NCBI RefSeq assembly: GCF_009914755.1
Contig: NC_060931.1
Source of the DNA: the human T2T-CHM13v2.0 reference genome, Homo sapiens
Reading direction: 5' to 3' (one strand)
Length of the DNA stretch: 64,000 nucleotides
The notes under the pieces were generated by a model. It was not told the DNA's origin and did not search any database. It saw nothing but the letters and a program-made list of their open reading frames with translations. Shown here in pieces: positions 53,129 through 64,000 of the stretch. Position 1 is the first letter of the stretch; each line of letters opens with the position of its first letter. Position numbers and translations under genes: made by a program.

Positions 53129-53471
53129 GTAAGAGCATGCATGTGTAAAAAGTGACTCTCAGTGAATCACGTTTTTGGAAATTAATAGTTATATTGCAAG
53201 TGATCCAGTAGGAAGTCTTCATTATCAAGTAGAGCATTCAGAATGAGGTTTGGATATTTGCTTTCACTGTTGTATACACCTCCCACTATCTGGTAGCACC
53301 AGTTTTGAGAACAATCAAGAATAATCATGGCATCCCTTGCTTCAGACACTATCCAGGTCAACCACCCAGCCAATGCTTGGGTCTTCCTTATACCACCCTT
53401 GACGTCTGGTCTGGTGAGTGACCTTCTGAACCTTCCAAGATAGGGTGTGCAAATGTGTCCATCTGTTAGAT

Positions 53472-53991
53472 CAGGGGTCCCCAACCCCTGGGCCATGGAG
53501 CAGTCCGTGGCCTGTTGGGAACTGAGCCTTACAGCAGGAGGTGAGCAGCAGGCAAGGGAGAGAAGCTTTGTCTGTATTTACAGCCACTCTCCATTGCTCA
53601 CGTTATCGCCTGAGCTCCACCTCCTGTCAGGTCAGTGGGGCCATTAGATTCTCATAGGAGCCTGAACGTTATGTGAACTGTGCATGCAAAAGATCTAGGC
53701 TGCATGTTCCTTATGAGAATTTAATGCCTGATGATCTGTCACTGTCTCGCATCACCCCCAGGTGGGACTGTCTAGTTGTAGGAAAACAAGCTCAGGGCTC
53801 CCCGTGATTCTACATTATGGTGAGTTGTATAATTATTTTATTATATATTACAATGTAATAATAATAGGAAAAAATGCACAATAAATGTAATGCACTTGAA
53901 TCATCCTGGAACCATCCTCTATCCCCCGGTCTGTGGAAAAATTGTCTTCCACGAAACTGGTCCCTGGTACCAAAAAGGTTAGTGACCACTG
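53472..53991 (+). mobile_element. MER1A hAT-Charlie element with perfect 8-bp TSD TGTTAGAT
   Basis: caggggtccccaacc...aaaaggttagtgaccactg; TSD at 53464-53471 and 53992-53999; 520 bp. Confidence 0.92.
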
Positions 53992-55152
53992 TGTTAGATG
54001 ATTGTTGACCTGGGATCTGTCTTCCTGGATCCTCTACCCATGTTTTCTAGTTCTTCCTTTCTAATTATCCCTTTCACATGACCACCATCTACATATTTGT
54101 TGGCTCTCATCTTTACTCCTAGATTTACTAGATTGTTCCTGAAGATCAAGATCCAGAAATAGGTCTAATAAGCATAAAATAGAGTGCAATTATCTCATAC
54201 CAATGCAGGCTAAAATGATTTTCTAAAAATCTATTGGCAGCATTTTTTGCTTATATTGAGAATTTGACAACTAAAATTCTAAACCAGAACAGACATATAT
54301 TTCATAGATATTTGTATGGTTTTTTTTGGGGGGGGGTGTTTTTGTAAACAGAGGTAAAACCATGCTATAAGTAAAATTTGACTCTAGCTATTGTTGTATT
54401 AGCCAGTTAATTTGTACTGGTCTTTGAGTTCTTAGAGTTTTTCAATAAGATGTATTAAAATGTTCTTTTACAGATGAGTAATCTTGAATGATTTCTTCTA
54501 ACTGATCTTTAGAATAAATTGAATCAAAATGATAGAAACAAAAAATGGAAACTGTTAGACCATTTGAATATTTTGGTCTAAATTCCAAGTACACAATGAT
54601 TAAAATGTATATTTTATTGAACTGTAGCCTGGTACCATAGGGAAATTTAGAAAGGGGAATATTTTTCTTAAGTTGTATGTTAATCCAGAAATAAATCACA
54701 AACCTATTGTAAAAAAATAATAATAATTTCCCACCCTAGTTCTTATATATCCTATTATATATTTTCCAAGAGCACAGAGAGTTACACAGTTTAGAATTTG
54801 GGTTCTCAAGGAGACTTTAAAAAATTTTTTTGAATGCTTATTTTCCTTAAATATAAAGTCCTTTCTACTCAGGTAAATAAAACCAGATATGAGTAAGGTG
54901 ACCTTTAAAACTTTTTAAAGTATTAGATATTAAAAAGTAGTTAACAATCCCCCCACCTGATATCATTGAAATAGGTGTAAGATTGCACAAGTTAACATTT
55001 CATGAAGAGTTATGGCCAGTGATATTGACCTTCTTTTTGTTTTAGTTCTGTTCAACTTCACTTGAGCTTCCAGAAGTAATGAACTCATCATGACAAAATC
55101 TACCATAAAAGAGCTTGTGCAGTTCTAACTCTGACCTTTTTCTTCCTGCTAG

Positions 55153-55284
55153 GGATTCAATGGAATAATATGTACCAGGCTCTGGAACAAGGGGGCATGA
55201 CATTTGGCTGGGTTTGCTGGATGATTCTTTTTGATTCAAGCCTTTATTTTTTGTGTGGATGGTACTTGAGCAACTTGATTCCTG
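55153..55284 (+). CDS. ABCA13: ABCA13 exon, 132 nt, phase 1-1: (G)[43 protein letters not shown](G) (TM6)
   Basis: Branch ctaac/ctgac, acceptor ttttcttcctgctag, donor CTG|gtaaga; G.QW.N and FD..LY....WY....PG motifs. Confidence 0.95.
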
Positions 55285-58200
55285 GTAAGAATTTTGCCTT
55301 TTGTAAGATAACACAATAAATTTTAAAAACAGTTTGAATTAATATGCATAAATATTAGAATAATCACTTATTCTTTAAGGAAGATCCAGAAAGGGAAGTC
55401 TTAGGATATATATTTAAAAGGAGCTGTACATTTTTGAGAAAAAATGTGATGCCTTTGTTTCCCAAGTGAAAGGTAAAAGGCCATGTGAGGGAATAGCCAG
55501 GATGAAATTAGCATGAAAACTCACCAGGCCCACCAAGCAGCTCCCCAAAAGTGGGCTTCAGTCTACACAGAAAATATCCTGGTTTCTCAGAGAGTGTTTG
55601 GGGAGGGCAGGCATGAGGGGGTGAGGGTGGGGGTGCTCAGAGTGCCTTGGCCAGAAAGTCACTCCTAGTGGGGATCTAGGGACCAAGCGCTCAGCCAGTG
55701 GCAGGTCGGTGCATGGCAGGACCTGGGGAGAAGCAGGCAGAGCCTAAAGGCAGCTGGACAGGGTGGGCTGGGAGTGAGGGGCCATGTCCAACCACAGGGC
55801 TTTCACTGTTGTCACGGATATGGGGTTTCCCAAATGTGGTGGTGCCCTTCTTCCCTGGTGTGGCAGGCATGCCCCAGAGTCTGGAGGACAAGTATATCAA
55901 TGGCCAAAAAAAAAAAAAAAAGGCCAGTAATGGTAATGGGTTTTCCTAGCTGTTTTGGGAGGAAAAGAGGCACGCATACCTTTACCTTTTTGGTTCAGGC
56001 CCGAAAGAGCAGAAATAGCACTTTAAAATTACTTATTTTATTTTTTAGAGATAACACTTTGATGGTGGTGTATTTTCTTGCTGAAATTACTTGGCAACTC
56101 TGGTTCTATGCTTTTCAAAGCAAATAGTGTCTAACTAAATTAAAACTAAAAATTAAAAAAAATGATTCTAATCTTATACAAATGAAAATGGAGGGATAGA
56201 AAGAAAACAAATGCAGTTCATTCTGTTTGTGAAAACACATTCCAGACTTGGAGAGCTCATGAATCATTTAGGGATGGGTAAACATAAAAATAATATGGGC
56301 CACTGAAAAGATCATTTTACACAAAAGTAGGAATATATGGCCCTCAAGAGGTAGAGAGAGAACATAAATTGGAAATGTGATTTATTTAGGAAAAACTTAG
56401 ACTGCATTGTCTTGGTACTTTGAATAAAATTTAAGAAAATAAAACTTAAGAAATAAGATTCTAGGAAATAAAGGATAAAACAAATGAGTTGAGAAGGCCA
56501 AGGGTTCAAGGAAATTGGATGAGAAGCAATTGACTATTGAGAAGAAGCAAAAATAACATAAGAAAGTAATGTTACAAAATACATTTGTGATGTCCATCTA
56601 AAATACAAAGACCAGCAACAAAGTCTACTCTCTGCAATGTTGAGATGAAGATAAAATGTGTCCCGGGACCCAGAATGATCTGATTTCTCCCTCAACCATC
56701 AGCATCTAAGGCTAGAGGCTCTTGGGGCAATATTTTTCTACATTATGGTAAAGCAAAGGAACATTGTATTCAGCTGAGACTTTCCCTCTGAATCCCACTG
56801 TGGAATTCTAAATTGAAAAGTTTTAAAAGAGACTGAGCCTTGAGGTGGATGTCTGGTGTGCAGAGGGCTCACTGTCTAGGTCATATTTGAAGGGAAGAAA
56901 AGGGAATTGGGAGTAGACTCATGGAGGAAGGTAATTGAACTCAGAAAAGCTGAGTGATGGTGAGAATGTCCTCACCAGTGGGACAGTATTGAGTCGTTCC
57001 TTATCCTGTGGGTCAGGGGATGTTTGGCTAAGCTGGTGGCTTTTAAGAAGAAATTCTTTCTAAAGTTCAATGAGGTCAACTTGAGGCTCAGAGGAAATTA
57101 AAAAAAATTGTTTTCCTCAGGGGACCAGGAGATTCAAATGCTAGAGTTGGTAATCTTTTGGAAGTACCTTGGCCATCTGAACCATGCCACATTTGGAACT
57201 CACGTATATTCGACTGAGGAAACCGTGATCTCCTGTTCCTTCTTTCATCTCCTCCTGTCCTTCCATTCCTTCAGACTCCTAATTCCCTGCCCTCCCATTA
57301 GGTGAAGGTTAAACAAACAATCCACCATCTTCATACACTCACACTGCAATCCTGCAGTCTCACAATATGGCTCATGATTAACATCTACCCAATATGTTAA
57401 ACTTGAGCTATTTCAGAATCAGCTCTTACCCTGCCACATCCAACTGGAGAAAAAGATCTGCTGATTTTACTTCACAAGTCTCCCTTAAGTTCACACGGAT
57501 GTACCTTTTCTAGGGAATGTCTCCATGTTTTCATCAAGCCATACAAAGTATTCTGTGACCTCTAATGAGTTATGATTCCCAGATACACTGGATCCTACAC
57601 CCTGCAAAGGGAAGCAAATGCAGTAGGACCTCAATCCACCTTTGAATGGCAGACACTCATTTCAACATTTTGTTTAGTGAATTTAGAGTGGGAGGTTTTA
57701 TATTTTCTCTTTGTGATTGTGACACTAATTTTAGCTACCAGCTAGTTAGGAAAAAAGATCAGAGTCTATTACAGAATTTAAAAAAAATCAAAGCTCGCAC
57801 ATATTTATAACACATATTTAAAAATACAAAGGCATAGAGCTGAATAAATATGTCAATAAATATTTTTGACTTTATCACAAAATTCAGATTCTTTTATTTC
57901 AAAAGCTAAAAATAAGAGTTGGCAATTTGCATATTCTTAAATTGCACAAAGTATTTCTTTTCCACTTTGACAAAGTCTGCCAATAATAACAAAGAATATA
58001 ATTGCCAGACACTACTGATGGGCTTTCAGATCCATAAAGAGGGTTATAATTTCTAGGAGGTCTCAGACCCAATACCTTCTTTTTAAGAGAAATATTTTAT
58101 ATTACCTCCTTTACTCTCTTGAAATGAAACTTATGGATAATGAAAACTACCTGCATATGAGTCTTAAAATTAATGTAATTTAAAAATTTTAATATAAAAG

Positions 58201-59399
58201 AGAAATAGAAACTAATTTATAGTAAGTTCTCGGTGCTCAGGCATGAATGCATCGGAACACAGAATGAGATATTCAGTTGCTTATGCTTATGTGGAATAAG
58301 TTCGGATTTAAAAGAAGGAGAAAGGTCAGAAGCCATTTGGCACTAAAAGGAAAGAAAATGCATAAGTAAAGAGAAATGTAGATACTAGAAGTAAAGCTAA
58401 TATTAAGTAGTACTAGATCAGACTTATTGGTATGTGATTATAAAGATGAAAATAACTTCAGTTGAAGTAGGAAAAACGTGGGAAGAAATATTATACATGA
58501 ATGAAGTGAATAAAAGAATGATATTTTTGTAAATGACCTGGGTCTTTATTTAAAAGTAATCAGGAAATTCCCTTTGTTAACACATGGGGCAGGTAATGAC
58601 AAAACATAACAGAAGATCCATTTTCTGTCTTACAATTCTATCTCATTTCAGTTTCTCCATTCAGCCTCCAGTCTTTAAAGACGTTGGAGATCTATTCTTT
58701 AGTAGTGACAGGAAATAGAGGACTGATTGGACAAAGGAATAATATTAATAATATAAGAGGGTTTTATAGAGAAGCCAAGGGGTGAATATCTGGGAACAGC
58801 ATCAAAATAAGATTGAAAACTAATAGGGAGCCTCATGTTAATCATCTCAATGTGTAATTTTCACCAAATGGTCTTATTGTGCTATACAGTTTTAAAATAT
58901 ATATATCAAATGACAATGTAACATAGTTACTAACCCTTATTAATACAATTTAGTGCATTTTCTAAATTTCTACTATTCAAGAATATCTGGTTTTAAGTTT
59001 GTTAAAAGCAATCTTCACATCTTTTGTCATGTGTTTGTATATAATGGGGCAGAATGAAGATTGATACAGACATACTGCATTGCAAACTCAAACGCAGTGA
59101 GTGACATCACTATTGATGGCGTTGTTTTCCAAAACAATGGACAATTTCTGCTTTAAAAAATAATCTTCCACTAGTTTACACAGTGGTTGAATTTCTGAAA
59201 AATTTAGTGTATACTGAAACTGCACGGAAACTTTGAGTTTATATGTCCTAGGCTCAATAACCATGAAACACTTTGCATTTGCACGGCTGTGTGTGATCAG
59301 GCTCACAGAAGGCAAGTCAAGGACATTTCTTTGTTGCACTTTGTAGGGTATCAACTAACCCAGGCATCTGCACACTAAAGGCAATTGTACCATCCCCAT

Positions 59400-59975
59400 T
59401 GTATTAATCATACTTTTTTATTTTCTGTATTTTTGAGGCTTTGACTGGGGTTGAAGGAGTGCAGTTACTGACCCTAGAGGGACTGTTCCTTCCAGGGATA
59501 GCCAGTTCCTAGCCATAGTAAAGGACTCACCTGTGGATGTGCCTTTCACAAGCAAAAAACCAATCCAGAGCCCACGCCCCTACCACCTGCTGTACGGGGC
59601 GATCACACTCGGGGTCACTGTCCACCTGGCCTGATCAGCCCAGGGCAAGGTACCAGCCAACTAGGGACAGACTCTCTCCCGAAGAGCCTGATGAAATTAT
59701 TCACAGTAGTTAATTAGAAATGTACTTGCCCTTCCTCACATGTTCCTTCCCTTGAAAACCACAGTAAAGGCTCTTGTTCACATTCCCACAGCACCCCTCC
59801 CTACTTCCCCTGTCTCCTGACTGACACTGGTGCTTCCCTGTGTGACCCTGTGTGGTGTGTCATGCCTCCTTCTCTTGGGGTCTGTGAGTAACAAAGTGTA
59901 GTTTCAATGACAGTTATCTCCTGATTTGTTGGCATCATCATACTTGAGTAATAATAAAATCTATATTTTAAAACA
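59400..59975 (+). mobile_element. MER74-like ERVL solo LTR in the gene's sense orientation
   Basis: tgtattaa...ccaatccagagccca...ggtaccag.caactagggacag...taataataaaa..tattttaaaaca; TG...CA termini. Confidence 0.75.
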
Positions 59976-60067
59976 CTGTTCCAGAGTCTCCTGTGGGTAG
60001 GAGGGTGTCTCCAGATGGGAGGTAGGAGGCAGGAGGCAGGTGAGAAATTTCTCTCTTTTGCTCTCTG

Positions 60068-60071
60068 TCAC

Positions 60072-60103
<32 letters not shown>

Positions 60104-60115
60104 GCACGCACACAC
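60068..60115. repeat. (CA)n microsatellite
   Basis: Directly visible. Confidence 0.95.
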
Positions 60116-61195
60116 CCCATACCTCAGACAAATACTTTTCTCTCGATTTTCTTTCTTTGTTATAAAGTGACCCTGTGAGTATGACCCCAGCATTTCTCAG
60201 CCCCGGTGTCTGACTGGGAGACTCTGTAGATCCAGCATCAGATCATTTCCTGGCCTGCGGGGCTCAGCGTCAACTGCAGGTCTCCACGCTCGAGTCAAGA
60301 GCTCACAAGCAAACATCTGGTCCTCTCGAAGAGTTTTCATTGCATAAACTCTTTTTATATGCTTCCAATTAAATTTGATTCTGCTCGATCTGTCTAATTT
60401 CATTGACCTCTTCTTTTATCACTGTCAGTTTTGGGGGGCAATGCTGATTAGTTTCCTGGCCTGCATAAGCCAGCAGGCAGTTCCCCTTGAGGAGAAAAGC
60501 TCTGTGTAAATGGAGGGCCTTTGCACATATTAATGTGCCCAATTACATCTGGTAATGTGAGCAGGTTGTATGTGCTTCTAGAGTGTGCACGTAAAACAAA
60601 TTTGAATTTATAAGCAAAAGCCGATTGCAGAGGCAAGCCAAAGAGCTGAGCGGCTTCCACGCCAGCTTGCATTTGGCAGCTCTCTGCTTTAGTTAGATTA
60701 GTAGATTAATTAGGGGGTTTTAAAAGTCCAGACAGATTATGGCTGAGATGGTTTAATTAGCAAAGCAACCCTTAATATTCAATTTATTTTTTCATAACTC
60801 TGGAATGTCTTTCACGTTTGTTTCTACTTCCCATCCCTGAAGCCATTACCTTAGTTCAGGCCTCACTGTGCCTGATCTGGACTTACAGCGAGTTACAGTG
60901 CCTTTGTAACTCCTTCCTACTCCTCTAGGTATCCCCGACCCCAGCACCTCACCTCTGCATCCTACCTGCATGTTGACACAAAGTTATCTTTCTTAAAAAT
61001 AGACCAAATAGACCATGTCCCTCCCCTGCATGACAGTCTTCCCCAACTCCAAAATGTCTAGAGAATAAATAATATCCTCAGTGGCTCTCAGGCCACCCGA
61101 ACCTGCTCTGCTGCAGATTCACGCCCCTCTCTCTATTCCCGTTGTGCTGATGGGGAGTTGGGGGGCAGTCTTCAATGTGCCCAGCACACCCACAC

Positions 61196-61358
61196 AGGGT
61201 AGGCAGATAAAATACAGGGCACCCAGGTGAATTCAAATTTCAGATAAACTACAAATAATTTGGGGGACATATTCATACTAAAACATTAATTGTTGTTTGT
61301 CTGAATTTCAAAATTAATTGAACATCCTGTGTTTGTATTTTCTGAATCTAGCATCCCT
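61196..61358 (+). mobile_element. MER53 palindromic MITE with an internal deletion
   Basis: agggt.g.cagataaaatacagg..cccag...tttcagataaac...ttgtttgtctgaa.ttcaaa..catcctgt...ctagcatccct; inverted arms. Confidence 0.8.
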
Positions 61359-61967
61359 CCCAGCATCTCTGTCTTTTCATTCTCATTCCTTTTTCTTGGG
61401 TTGAAGGGCCTGCTTTTGTTTTGCATAGGTGGAAACCTATGATGACAATATCATCTTGTATTCTTCTCTCAATGATTTTTTTTTTTTTTGGTCATCTGTA
61501 CTAGAATGAAGGTCATAAGAAGGCGCAGTCTCTGCCTGATTCATTGGCGTGTCCCTCGTACCACTAGAGGGTGTGACTAGTTGATTTCTGTTTGATGACT
61601 GACATCTTCCTGGAACAGGAAGGTATAATCCGGAGAACAGAAGGGCAAGGGATATGATGTTCCAGATCTAGGTGACTTCTGCCCTGCTCCTTTGTCACTG
61701 TGCTGAGGCCTCACCTGTCCTACTCATTCTTGGGCTGACAGCTGGAACTGTGAGCCCTGGGAGATGAGCCAGCATCTCTCCTCATACCTCTGTACAAAAT
61801 GCTTAGTTATTCATTTCTCAACAAAGCATCTCCCACAGTAAATCAGGGCTGCAGGAAGGTGTCATTTCCCAAAGACTCAAGTGAGAAAACAAGGATACAA
61901 CTAATAAAGAGTAATGTCTTAGCTCCATTGCAAGAAACTGGTGACTCCTGACATTGTTGCAGTTGTC

Positions 61968-62116
61968 TATGTGTGCACACTTGTGTCTGTGTACATGTAC
62001 ATGTGTGCATGTGCTGCATGAATATGTGCATGTGTACATGTGTACTCGTGTGTGAATGCCTGTGTGTGTGCATATGTATGTGGGTATACGTATGTGTGTG
62101 CACACACACACGTATG
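61968..62116. repeat. Degenerate (TG/CA/TA) alternating purine-pyrimidine tract
   Basis: Directly visible. Confidence 0.9.
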
Positions 62117-63404
62117 GTGATCTTCACTTTGAGTCATGGCCCTAAGTTTGAAATCATATTTATCTTTGTACGACTTCCACTTATATCGAAGTGAAGCAGA
62201 GCTGAGGCTTGCTTCAGGATTTCCTTGCGTACACTCAAAATGTGAAGGTGTTCAATGACTTCATTTGGAACAGGCAAATTGTGCCTTATTTCACCTTTAG
62301 AATGTGCATGTATGAAATATTCTTTTCTCCCCTATGGTTCTGAAAAATTGAGCTATAATACATCAGATGGATATGTGTTTATTGTAAAATGTTTGAAAAG
62401 TTTATAGAGAAGCAGGAAAAATTTTTGAGGAAGCAGGAAAAAATTCAGTTATCTCCAATATCACCAACCAGAACTAACATTTCCCAGGCTTTTTCCAGAC
62501 AGTTTTCTGCACCTAGTTGGGTTCACACTGTATATGTAAATTTCCCTCTGTTTTAAAAAAATATTTTTATCATAAGCATTTATCCACATCTTTGAAAGTA
62601 CTGTTAATGGCTGCTCAACATTTCATTAAATGAAAGTAATAACTTCCTGGACCTTTCTCCTACTTTGCAAGTTTAAATAATTTCTGCTTTTTCCCCACTA
62701 TAAGTAATGCTACAGTGAATATATTTATGTTCAGATGTGTGTCCCCACTTTGTCATTGTGTCATCTAGAATCCTAGAATTTTAATTGCTAATTCAAATCT
62801 ATAAACACTTGAAGGCATCTGGATCCCATTGCCTACTATCCTTGCTAAGGGTGGTGCCCACTTAAGCTGCGACTGAGTGTGGTTGCCTGAGAGGCCTCTG
62901 AGCCGAAGACCTGCAGCTTTGTGAGAATAATCTTCCTGATGTGTTTGCTTGCTTTCTGTCTCCTTTGATTTCCACACACTCATTGTTCACGTATGTGTCA
63001 ACAGGGGCTTTTCGTGTAATTGGTACTGGAAGAAACTGTGCTTCTTTCTTGTTGTAAAAGGCAACCCAAAGCATCCTCATGACTGCACTTGCGTGTTCAG
63101 ACAGGCAGGAGCTGCTAGAGGAGAGGCTAACCAGTGTGTAGCTTCTGGAGCCATCAGCTGCGCGTCACTGGGCAACCCTTGCTGTTCCTCCTTTTCTTAT
63201 TGGGAAGGTAGAGGTGATAATTTTACCTGACATGTTGGTGGTCACAGGACTGTGTGAATTAATACAACCAGATACCCTGGACAGTGCCTGGAACACAGTG
63301 AGTGGAATGCTGGCTGTGATATGACCTGATTATCCAGCTGCTACTCATCCTCTTCCTACAGAGGGATGGTTTTTGCTTTGCAAGGTTCTTGGAGGACACC
63401 TGCC

Positions 63405-63795
63405 TGCATTAATTTTCTCAGCCTGCCATAACAAAGTACCACAAACTGGGTGGCTCAAACAACAGGAATGTGTTGTCTCACAATCCTGGAGGCTAAAAGT
63501 CTGAGATCAAGGTGTAGGCCTGTGTATGTGGGTATATATATGGACTGGTTTCTCCCAAGGCCACTCTCCTTGGCTTGCAGATGGCATTGTCTCCTTGTGT
63601 CATTCCTGTGTATCTGTGTCCAAATTTTCTTTTATGAGGACACCACTCACATTGGATTAGTCCTCGCTCTTGTGACTTCATTTTGCCTTCATTACCTCTT
63701 TGAAGACCGTGTCTCCAAATACAGTCACATTTTGAAGTACAGGGGGTTAGAACTTCAACATATGAAACCTGCGGAGATACAACTCAGCCCACAAA
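63405..63795 (-). mobile_element. MLT1 MaLR solo LTR
   Basis: ctgccataacaaagtaccacaaactgggtggc..aaacaacagga...ctggaggcta.aagtctgagatcaaggtg. Confidence 0.87.
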
Positions 63796-63842
63796 GAAAA
63801 GTCAGTGCTATTCCTCACAGCAGCTGAACAGCTTCCCTTCAC

Positions 63843-64000
63843 TTTATGTATTTATTTTTTTGTAACTTTTAAGTGCAGGGGTACATGTGCAGGTTTGTTA
63901 CATAGGTAAATGTGTGTCATGGAGGTTTATTGTACAGATTATTTTGTCACCCACGTATTGAGCCTAGTACCCATCAGTTATTTTTTCTGATCCTCTCCCT
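63843..64000 (-). mobile_element. L1PA (older PA subfamily) 3' end, runs off the window
   Basis: Poly-T, then caggggtacatgtgcaggtttgttacataggtaaa...gagcctagtaccca. Confidence 0.9.

Noticed and set aside
61196-61358. miR-1302-like microRNA from MER53
   Set aside because: The mature-like stretch (gggacatattcatactaaa) is diverged and its complementary arm is deleted, so the precursor stem cannot form.

Overview
This is primate, most likely human, genomic DNA, shown by Alu, L1PA/L1PB, THE1 and MER1 insertions. It lies inside one large + strand gene that I identify as ABCA13 (ABC transporter subfamily A). Eight GT-AG exons (114, 91, 177, 307, 115, 330, 70 and 132 nt; 1336 nt in total) join with matching splice phases into one open frame of about 445 aa. 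That frame covers the end of extracellular domain 1 and most of transmembrane domain 1; no start, stop or NBD exon is in the window. The other ~98% is intron, filled with transposon remnants (several with intact target-site duplications), microsatellites and small local duplications. I found no support for a novel gene system, RNA gene or CRISPR array, and most short ORFs in the track are repeat artefacts. Leads worth checking are mainly splicing signals and repeat structure: (1) a perfect cryptic donor or recursive-splice motif that pairs with its own U1-like complement; (2) an Alu tail that has become the AAAAG/ACAGG/AAAGG pentamers known from RFC1, followed by an AGGGG run; (3) a 1.3-kb YCAY array on the pre-mRNA strand; (4) a frameshifting 70-nt exon with a weak acceptor and a downstream RBFOX motif; (5) two ~110-130 bp non-tandem local copies; (6) two multi-orientation L1 mosaics. 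Repeat subfamily names and exon/residue numbering come from memory and need RepeatMasker or BLAT confirmation.
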